64,000 nucleotides of DNA. Origin: an uncultured bacterium (lineage in GTDB: Bacteria > Oederibacteriota > JAAXVQ01 > JAUVAV01). Where the stretch lies: positions 198,273 to 262,272 of the forward strand of contig CAVQBK010000002.1 of the NCBI GenBank assembly GCA_963710755.1. The letters are read 5' to 3'. A program made the position numbers and the translations under genes. The notes beneath the pieces were generated by a model. That model was given only the letters and a program-made list of their open reading frames with translations. It searched no databases and had not been told where the DNA came from. This document shows, piece by piece, positions 33,826 to 42,026 of this stretch (position 1 is the first letter of the stretch; each line of letters opens with the position of its first letter).

Positions 33826-33862
33826 GATTTTAAAAAAGCCACCTCTGGCGTAGTGAATGTCA

Positions 33863-33891
33863 ATAATAGTGGATATAACGCCCGCTGTCAA
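33863..33891 (-). promoter_or_regulatory. sigma70-type promoter, copy A
   Basis: TTGACA-17-TATTAT. Confidence 0.6.
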
Positions 33892-34003
33892 ATAGTTCTC
33901 TTTGTTCCCTTTGATATGATGCGTTTGATCCGTAAATAAGGGTTCCCTTATGCTTCAGGAGGTCTCGGTGGCCGGCACGGAAATTCCCGGAAAATTTAAG
34001 AAC

Positions 34004-35113
34004 TTAATCTAAATTAAGCCTATAGCTCACATTCCTGCCCTTCCCTTCATTCTTAAGAATGACACCCTGCTTCAACATGTCATCAATTTCCCGGCCTGCG
34101 GTTGCCCGGCTGGTCTTGGTCATGCCTATGTATTTCAACCGGGTCAACCCGCCTTTGAAACCTGTTGGTTCTTCTTGCAGCATCTTGTTCAAAACTTTGC
34201 GCTGGCGGTGGTTAAGTTCAAGGTGATCGTAATGGTGCCAGAATTTGATTTTTGTAAGTACGGCATCCAGACTCGAACTGGCGTGCTGCATGGCCAAGGT
34301 CAGCGTGTCGATGAACCACACCATCCAGTTGGTAATATCCATGCGGCCTTTACCGGTTTGATCCAATACCTGGTAATAGGCTTTGCGTCGATTGATGATC
34401 TCATGGGACATGGAATAATATTTTTTACTGATGTTTTCATCCTGGACCAGGGCCAAGTCCATGAGGGCCCGGGCGATTCTTCCATTGCCATCCTCAAAAG
34501 GATGGATCATCACAAAATACAAATGCGCGACGGCGGCCCGGACGATGCCATCCATGTGATTTCCACTTTGCTTCCACCATTTGATAAAACGGTTCATCTC
34601 GGATTTCACTTTATCCGCCGGAGGCGCCTCGTAATGAATAACCTCTTTGCCGACATAACCGGATACAACATAAACTGCTTTTGGACGCCAGCGTGCAACA
34701 TGGATCTTATGCATGCCTGACCGTCCTGAGGGAAATAAGGCCGCATGCCATCCCCACAAACGCTCAGCGGTCATGGCTTGATCATAGCGGTCGGTTGCAT
34801 CCAGCAACATCTCCACCAAGCCGTCAACTTCCTTGTCCTGTCGTTTGCTGCCGATTGGTTTCCAGCCCAGATGTCTGGCTACTGATGATCTTACGACATT
34901 GGCATCAAGTACCACGCCTTCAATCGCGGATGTCTGCAAAGCTTCTTCCACCAATGCCTGGCCCCTGGTACTGTCTTTATCTTCGATACCTAATATCGAC
35001 AGTTGGCCGTTAAGAAAGCCCTGCGCGCGCCGGCATCGGCTGAGCGCGATTAATACCTTCTCTTTGTTCCAGCTAAATTGCGGCCAGTCCTTTTGCTGCC
35101 AAATATAGTGCAT
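34004..35113 (-). CDS. Fic family protein (DUF4172-type N-terminus, C-terminal wHTH-like region)
   Basis: YIWQQKDWPQF, SAIEG, canonical HPFEDGNGRIAR, C-terminal SRATAGREI..GKGRNVSY. Confidence 0.92.
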   Translation of the reverse strand: MHYIWQQKDWPQFSWNKEKVLIALSRCRRAQGFLNGQLSILGIEDKDSTRGQALVEEALQTSAIEGVVLDANVVRSSVARHLGWKPIGSKRQDKEVDGLVEMLLDATDRYDQAMTAERLWGWHAALFPSGRSGMHKIHVARWRPKAVYVVSGYVGKEVIHYEAPPADKVKSEMNRFIKWWKQSGNHMDGIVRAAVAHLYFVMIHPFEDGNGRIARALMDLALVQDENISKKYYSMSHEIINRRKAYYQVLDQTGKGRMDITNWMVWFIDTLTLAMQHASSSLDAVLTKIKFWHHYDHLELNHRQRKVLNKMLQEEPTGFKGGLTRLKYIGMTKTSRATAGREIDDMLKQGVILKNEGKGRNVSYRLNLD

Positions 35114-35122
35114 TTATCCACC

Positions 35123-35205
35123 CCGTTATAATCGGCTCAATAATGAGCCGATTATAACGGCTAACCGGCTCATGGTCAATCTTTTTCGGCTCATTTATGA
35201 GTCGA
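35123..35205 (-). promoter_or_regulatory. Fic promoter with overlapping palindromic operators
   Basis: TTGACC-17-TATAAT (35179-35151). A perfect palindrome with 17-bp arms, CCGTTATAATCGGCTCA-ATAA-TGAGCCGATTATAACGG (35123-35160). A second CGGCTCA-N4-TGAGTCG at 35187-35204. Confidence 0.72.
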
Positions 35206-35373
35206 TTTTAGGTGTTAAACGGCTCACGGCTTATTAGATCAACCCTAATCCAAATCGGGTCATCCGGATAAAAAGCCCTTATAAGAAAGATCTTTCAGCG
35301 CATCGTATTATCTAAGAGGACGGCCTATATATCACTGAATTACCAATGTCTCAGAGAGTTTAATTTGAGGTCG

Positions 35374-36865
35374 TTAAATTTTCCTTTTTGTAAATAAATA
35401 AAGGTCGAAGTTAGAATTACAAGATACTGGCAAAAGTGGTTTGAATTTTTGCTGAGTCAGCATCTCAGGATTAAATACGGCGTCATTTGTTCTTTTCACT
35501 GAAAAATAAATAGTACTATTTGGAAATTTCTCCATTGTCTGCCTCAGCTCTTCCAAATTTGAAACATCGATTTTCTTTTTGAATTTTATATTTCTAGCAT
35601 AAAAATTATAATCCCAGCCCGAGCCACTAATTAATAATATTTTGTTTGGATTTTTGTCCCGAGCCAAATAGTTGCAAACTTGCTCAATACCATCATTAGC
35701 ATTATAAAATGCACCGAAATTAAGGAGCTCATCCCCGTTTATAGTTCTAACCACATAAATTGCCGAACCAACCACCACCATAAAAAACACGGTTGACACT
35801 ATTTTTTTCATCTGAATATTCTTAATCAGTTTCATCGTATAAGCGAAAAAAGCATCTGCAACAAATGCAATTACCAGCGAAACAAAGGGCAACCAAATCA
35901 AAGCATATCGTATATAATTGTAAATGCCGATTAGAATCAGAAATGAAAAATAAGCCAAGGGAAAGACCGCCATCAGTCCTAATGGCAATATCCCGGCGAC
36001 TCTTTGCTTGGAGCGCATTAATATACCTCTCAAACTAATTAATAATGCAGTAAAGATGCTTAGCACTCCCAGATAACTGATAACAGGAACATTAAAAATC
36101 TTCAAATATGCTTCAAACCATAACGACGTACTCTTAAATAACCCCGAGGTTTGAATTTTGCTTGCTTTTTGATTAAGTAAAAATCCCCAAGCCGGATTTG
36201 AAAACGCCGTGAAGAAAAGAAGGCCAATTAAAGCCATACCAAATCCCTTGCCAAACGTTTTCATTTCCAATGAAAAAAAGATTTTTTTGATTGCATACTG
36301 CTTCGAAAGTTCGATTCCCAGCAAGCAGACCATTAATGGAATAAAAATTATTCCAAACTGTTTGCTGGCAATGGACAGTAGAGTAGCGACACCTGCTAAA
36401 AAATAATCTTTCCGAGTTATGAAATAAATGCTTGCCAATCCTAGACAAAGCATCAACATATCCGTAAATGCGGTATTACAATAAGCAACATGCATGGAAG
36501 AGATGGTTAACAACAAAGCAGCCAACCATCCGGTTCGCCAGTTAAAATAGTAGTTACCAATTTTATAAGTTAAAAAGATTGTAAAAAGACCGGCGATAAA
36601 GTTAGGAAAACGAGCAGTATTTTCACTAACGCCAAAAATAAAATAAAAAATGGCCTGTAATAAAAATAATAAAGGTGGTTTGTCAATGCCAGAAACGCCA
36701 TTTAAAAAAATGTCGCCTTTTCCGAATTATTCTAAACGCCCATGATGCGTACAGCGCTTCATCCACATGAAATCTATGGATTCCAAAATAATTTAACCGT
36801 ATTAGCGCGGCTACTAGCAATATAGAAATTAAAAATATGTTTTCTTTATTGATTATTTTTTTCAC
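35374..36865 (-). CDS. GT-C fold glycosyltransferase (ArnT/PMT_2-like), copy 2; 1-nt frameshift near 36722
   Basis: YFGIHRFHVDEALYASWA, then after removing one base KGDIFLNGVSGIDKPPL, ASKQFG, GAF..ANDGI. Clearly paralogous to 30470-31897. Confidence 0.82.
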
Positions 36866-37058
36866 GGATATGAACTTGTTCCCTTTTTAAATTACTTACC
36901 ACTACTGTTTAATGCAAAAAATAACCGGCACATCGGCCAGGGCAACTTGCAAGCCCGCCAGAAGCATCACGATTGATAAAAGCAAACCTGTTTTCATTTT
37001 CATTTCCAACATCTCCTTTAAAATAATTTTCCCTTGTCCTCACGCCAACCGGGCGCGC

Positions 37059-37671
37059 TTATTTTATAATCGCAATATTTTTAATCACCTTGGTGCTCTT
37101 ATGCTCATTGCTGGCCTTGATCAGCAGCAAATACACCCCATTGGCCATATTGGAAAAATTCCAGTCCCAATGGTTTTTACCGGCCGGCACATTGGTCCAG
37201 CTTTTGGAAATCACCAGCCGGTGGGTGACGCTGGTGAAAATCTTGAGCTCCACATCCGCGGGCTCGGCCAGGTGATAATAAATGTGCCCCACCGAACCGC
37301 GCATGGGATGCGGGGCGGCGTACACATACTGTTTATCCAGCAGCTCCCCGCCAAAGGTCCGGATGGGCGTGGCGGTAATGGTGATGGTGGGCGTCGCGGT
37401 TACCGTGGGGCGTGGGCGGCACTACGAAAAATTCATTGTACAGTCCGGCTTGCGCGGCATAGGAGTTGCCCCCGGCCTGAGCGGTAAAAGCTTCCCCCAA
37501 ATTGCTTTGCATGGTCATGGAGGTAACGCCGGGCAAGGCCGTGCTGTTCGCGGTAGTGGTATTCCCGGCGCTGTTGAAAACATAGGAAAAAATGCCATAA
37601 TTTTCCGAATTGGCGGCAAACAGGACAATAGGTATGAAAATGCCTATAAGAATGGCAATTAAACGTTTCAT
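37059..37671 (-). pseudogene. Secreted T9SS-CTD-like protein, copy B, frameshifted in the Pro/Thr linker
   Basis: ORFs 37333-37671 and 37059-37325 are the two halves of the copy A protein. It is 11 nt shorter than copy A (613 vs 624) within the GC-rich linker. Confidence 0.8.
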
Positions 37672-37708
37672 GATTTTAAAAAAGCCACCTCCAGCTTAAT
37701 AAAATTTA

Positions 37709-37737
37709 ATCATAGTCGATATAATACCCTCTGTCAA
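37709..37737 (-). promoter_or_regulatory. sigma70-type promoter, copy B
   Basis: TTGACA-17-TATGAT. Confidence 0.6.
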
Positions 37738-37866
37738 ATAGTTCCCGTTGATGGTTATGCGTTTAATTCACAAATCGGGGTTCCCTTATGGTTCCGGGGC
37801 CACTTCTTTATAATTAAAGGCTTTTATTTAGATGAATCATCCCATACTGTTTTGTCATAACGGCCG

Positions 37867-38570
37867 TCAATCAAAAATTGCTTTAATTCCTTTTTGCCAG
37901 GGCCATATTTCCACGCCGTCGATTTCCTGACGGTAATCGCCCAGGTATAAAACCATGGTGCGGTGCGGTTTGCCGTAATATTCACCAAAATTTTTCAGGC
38001 CCCGCAAATCCGGCCGGCTGATCATTCGTCTGGCCTTGATTTCCAGGGCAATAATGGTACGGTTTATCTCCAAAATATAATCCACCTCTGCACCATGCTC
38101 GGTGCGAAAGGATGACAGTTGAATCATTTCATCACGGGCGCTGGCTTCATTTTCCAGCATGTTTCCGATGAAATGTTCAAAAAGCCAGCCAAGCCTGTCC
38201 CCGGAAACGTGGAAATTTCCCAGCAAGCCGTTTAAGACGCCGACATCAAAGAAATAAAATTTTGGATGTTGCAACAAACGCCGGCTGCTGCTTTTGGCAA
38301 AGGAAGGAATTTTCTTGACCAAAAGACAATCTTCCAGGATTTCAAAAAAGCGCGTCACCGTTTGGCGTGGCATTTGGGCGGCCAGAGCCATTTTGGCCAT
38401 ATCCAAAAAACGGCCTGACCACGCGGCAGCGACATTAAGAAAGCGGACAAACCCTTCCAGATTGCGGGTAAGACCTTCGGCCATGACTTCTTCCTTTAAA
38501 TAAGTGGCGGCATAGGAACGCAATAGTTTCTCCCTGGTCTTGGAATCTTTTTCCACCCAAATGCCCGGTA
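37867..38570 (-). pseudogene. AAA_14/DUF4143 ATPase, N-terminally truncated
   Basis: LPGIW..SYAATYLKEEV.AE, HPKFYFFDVG, G.LFEH, EVDY, ALEIK. No Walker A domain or credible start. Confidence 0.78.
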
Positions 38571-38629
38571 GAGAGATAACGGTGCCAGCCACGGTTGGTC
38601 CAAGCTTCCATCCCGAATATGCCTTTCTC

Positions 38630-38760
38630 CCCACATCCGGACGTGAACCATCTATTGATCGTCTCCTTGGAGCCTATTGCCAGGCAAACAGAGAAGGATA
38701 TTTTGATACTGCCTTACGGGGAACTTTTACAAAGGTTGTGGGCAGGTGAATTTATAGAAA
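38630..38760 (+). pseudogene. C-terminal remnant of a second DUF4143-type ATPase
   Basis: LLIVSLEPIARQTEKDILILPYGELLQRLWAGEFI resembles the C-terminus of this family. Confidence 0.45.
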
Positions 38761-38842
38761 ATCCTGACCATCCTGGCCAAAACAATAATGAGGTATTTGG
38801 ATTTTAGACCATGAATGTTATAATCCTGCGTGGAGGTTCCGG

Positions 38843-39277
38843 ATGAGTGCCAACACTATTTTCCAACAACTAATGTCCGTGCAACATGCTTTTAATGATT
38901 ATCCGGCTGATATCGTCTATTTTCACGGATCAGCGTCCTTGGGGCAAAATACCCCGCTCAGCGACATTGATTTGGCGGTTGTGGCCAATACTGAAGTGGC
39001 GGCCGGCAAGTACCTTGACATTGAACTGGATTTGGCGCTGACGCTGGAAAAATTAACCGCTTTAAGAAATATTGACGTACGGATCATTAACCAAGCACCT
39101 TTGGAAGTGAAAGGCAAAATCTTGGAAAACGGCCGTTTGCTATTCAGCCGGGATGAAGAGAAGCGGGTTGAATTTGAAACAGCCACGAGAAGCCGTTACT
39201 TTGACTTTCTGCCCATTGCCAATTATATGCATCACCAGTTTTTCAAGCATACCAGCCGGGAGGGACTCCTTGGTTAA
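38843..39277 (+). CDS. Minimal nucleotidyltransferase (MntA-like antitoxin)
   Basis: YFHGSASLG..LSDIDLAV, IDVRIINQAP, RVEFE...RYFDF; GGAGG RBS. Confidence 0.88.
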   Translation: MSANTIFQQLMSVQHAFNDYPADIVYFHGSASLGQNTPLSDIDLAVVANTEVAAGKYLDIELDLALTLEKLTALRNIDVRIINQAPLEVKGKILENGRLLFSRDEEKRVEFETATRSRYFDFLPIANYMHHQFFKHTSREGLLG

Positions 39278-39679
39278 CTTGCCGAAATTGGAAAAGATGT
39301 TTGTCCTGCTCAAAGATAATGTGACCTAATTGCGGAAATTGGCAGCCTATTCCAAGGCTGATTTTTTAAGCGACTTCCTTGAAATTAACAGCGCAAAGTA
39401 TTTGGTGTAAAGCGCTATTGAAACGTGTATCTCTATCGGCAACCATATCATTGCGTCGGAACGTTTACGCTCTCCCCGGGATTATGGTGATGTTTTTCAT
39501 ATCTTAAACGAGCGCTGTATTATTCTACTATAATCAAAATGGTAAAATTCCGTAATCGGATCGTGCATGTCTATTGGGAAGTCGATGATGAAGTACTTTA
39601 TGATATTCTGCAAAACAGACTGGATGATTTTAACCAATTTGCAAAATACTTGTCTGCTTTTATCGAGAAATTAAAATAA
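39270..39679 (+). pseudogene. HepT/DUF86 HEPN ribonuclease toxin pseudogene
   Basis: TTG overlaps the MNT stop; in-frame TAA stops and a frameshift. Retains FRNRIVHVYWEVD (RX4H). Confidence 0.8.
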
Positions 39680-39728
39680 TCCGATCAGAGCCAAAAGCTG
39701 CCCCCTCTTTCAATGTTTCTCCTTCCCC

Positions 39729-40316
39729 TTATCTCTCCCCCGCAAACGTCATGGCCCACCAAAGGACGCTGCTGATGTGGTCCGTGTCTTCGGCCGCCTG
39801 CTGCACACTGGCATAGGACCTTGTTTTGACCAACAGATTAAAGCGTACCTGGTGTTTATAAAATATCAAATGCATAAAGCCGTATCCTTGATCAGCATCT
39901 TTTGGCTTGCGCTGGCCGGCGCGCATGTAACACCATTCTCCGGTAGGCGTCTTGATTTTCATGGCATAATGCTTGGCCGCCTTGGCTTTGGCCACCAGAG
40001 CATCTATAGCGGCCTCCTGGTCCACCTCCGCCTCCATCCTGCGCGCCCGCAGGCGATAATAATTGCCACTTTTATCCTGAAAGCTTAATTGATCAACTTT
40101 ACTCTGGCCGCCTGATATTTCTTTAACCGTATCCAGGTTGACCCAGGGCTTAAGCTGCACGCTAAAAAAACCGTGAGCAGAGGTATAGTGGCCGTTTTGG
40201 TAATGGCCACGAAGGTTTTTTATAAGATCGGGGCTGTTGGTACAGGACAAGGTGAGTAGGAGGATAGGACCTGTAAGCATGAGGCTGATTGGGATTCGTT
40301 TCATCGCCTGGTTCAC
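39729..40316 (-). CDS. Hypothetical lipoprotein
   Basis: Basic N-region, hydrophobic stretch, LTLSC lipobox; overlaps the hflX stop. Confidence 0.65.
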   Translation of the reverse strand: MNQAMKRIPISLMLTGPILLLTLSCTNSPDLIKNLRGHYQNGHYTSAHGFFSVQLKPWVNLDTVKEISGGQSKVDQLSFQDKSGNYYRLRARRMEAEVDQEAAIDALVAKAKAAKHYAMKIKTPTGEWCYMRAGQRKPKDADQGYGFMHLIFYKHQVRFNLLVKTRSYASVQQAAEDTDHISSVLWWAMTFAGER

Positions 40317-41572
40317 TTGGGTTTATTTTTTTTCTCTTTGCGCCAATGGGCCAATTGCCCTATGGTTTCCTGGGGCAACTCCATGGTAAGCGAGATCATT
40401 TTCTGACCAAAGGTCTCGCGGATCAGTCGGCCTCGTTTCAACAAATTGGCACGTAGTTCCCCCTCGTCATAAGGAAGACGAAGGGTGATTTTTTGCCACT
40501 GTTTGGAAAGATTAATTTTAATTTTTTCCAGCAATTCGTCTCTGCCCGCAGTGGTCAACGCCGAAATCTGGGCTGCCTCCGGAAACTGATGGCGCAGGAC
40601 TTTTTGAAATGCCTGCCCCACCTTGTCCGTTTTGTTGAACACCAGCAAATAGGGTTTATTATCTACCTTCAGCTCCTTGAGCACCTCATCGACGGTCTGC
40701 AATTGCTTTTCCCAAAGCCGGTCCGAACAGTCCACCACTTTGAGCAGCAGATCCGCTCTGGTGGCTTCTTCCAAGGTACTCCTGAAGGCTGCCACCAGAT
40801 GATGGGGCAAACGGCGGATAAAGCCCACCGTGTCGGTAAGCAGCACTTCCTGCGATGGCGGCAGTACCAGTTTTCTGGTGGTTAAATCCAAGGTGGCGAA
40901 TAACTGGTCTTCCACCAGGGTATCCTCCCGGGTCAGCAACCGGAGCAGGGCGGACTTGCCGGCATTGGTGTACCCGATCAGGGACAACAGGGGCATGTCC
41001 ATGGGAGCCCGCTCCTGATGATGCAACTCCCGGGTACGTTTCAAGGTTTCCAGCTGACGTTTCAAAGCGGCAATACGATCACGCAGATGACGGCGGTCCA
41101 GTTCCAGTTTGGTTTCCCCGGGACCGCGGGTTCCGATACCTCCACCCAGCCGGGACAACTGCAGTCCCAGACCCACCAGACGGGGCAACAAATAGTTTAG
41201 TTGCGCCAGTTCCACCTGCAGTTTGCCTTCATAACTTTTGGCACGTTTGGCAAAAATATCCAGAATCAGTTGAGTGCGGTCGATTACCGCCAGCTCCAGG
41301 GTGTTTTCCAAGTTACGCAACTGATTGGGTTTTAACTCATGATCAAAGATGACCAATTGGGCATGATGATTTTGAGCTTCCCGCTTGAGATCCTGCACCT
41401 GGCCGGCCCCGAGAAATAGGGCGGCATCCGGGCGGGGCCGGGTAAACACCTTGGACCAACACACCACCCCGCCCGCGGTTTCCGTAAGACGCGCCAATTC
41501 GGCCAGCGAGTCATCCGCATCCGCCGGACCGCCTTTATAGTTTAAGCTGCAGAGCAGGACTTGTTCCGCCAT
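40313..41572 (-). CDS. hflX: GTPase HflX
   Basis: GIGTRGPGETKLE, GYTNAGKS, LFATLD, DTVGFI, NKTD. Confidence 0.96.
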   Translation of the reverse strand: MAEQVLLCSLNYKGGPADADDSLAELARLTETAGGVVCWSKVFTRPRPDAALFLGAGQVQDLKREAQNHHAQLVIFDHELKPNQLRNLENTLELAVIDRTQLILDIFAKRAKSYEGKLQVELAQLNYLLPRLVGLGLQLSRLGGGIGTRGPGETKLELDRRHLRDRIAALKRQLETLKRTRELHHQERAPMDMPLLSLIGYTNAGKSALLRLLTREDTLVEDQLFATLDLTTRKLVLPPSQEVLLTDTVGFIRRLPHHLVAAFRSTLEEATRADLLLKVVDCSDRLWEKQLQTVDEVLKELKVDNKPYLLVFNKTDKVGQAFQKVLRHQFPEAAQISALTTAGRDELLEKIKINLSKQWQKITLRLPYDEGELRANLLKRGRLIRETFGQKMISLTMELPQETIGQLAHWRKEKKNKPK

Positions 41573-42026
41573 GGCTGAATGGTCCTCTTCCTAAGTTTGG
41601 TACCCAGGCACTGGGAATGGATGATGCCGCCTCGGCCATCGGACCGGGCCCCGATCAGAGCTTCAGTATAGCAGTAGCCCCGATCATTGCCCACTGTTTT
41701 TGTAGACCAACAATATTTGCTTGTGTTACCATAAGCTTCAGAATTATGATTGTACTTAACAGCCATAAGCAAGCAATCTTCGGCTCATGGATTTTCAGTA
41801 AATTAGGTTTGTACTTAGGCTTTAATTAATTTACCCTATGGCAAACCACAGGGCATTTGATACGAGCGGAATTTTATTTTATTATTTACTACCATTCGCC
41901 TCCGAGGAGGAATGGCCAATAATAAGACTTATAAATACATCACCAAAGGCCGTCACTTATATTAATTACTTGCAATTTCTATTCTGGCCTGTCAATCCAT
42001 ACGGGCTTGATGCAATGAGGTGATTC

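Larger units (their letters stand above)
33070..33952. repeat. Direct repeat, copy A (~0.88 kb)
   Basis: Near-identical to 36927-37691 across the coding part; more diverged across the promoter part to 37789. Confidence 0.92.
36927..37789. repeat. Direct repeat, copy B (includes a signal-peptide stub of the fibre gene, 36927-37003)
   Basis: Matches 33070-33952. The fibre gene copy breaks off right after MKMKTGLLLSIVMLLAGLQVALADVP. Confidence 0.92.

Noticed and set aside
29900-38000. Integron cassette array or CRISPR as explanation for the repeats
   Set aside because: No integrase, convincing attC sites or regularly spaced short repeats.
41580-41830. Possible decayed hfq upstream of hflX (fragment QILLVYKN)
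   Set aside because: The position fits, but similarity is a few residues across broken frames and cannot be supported without a profile search.
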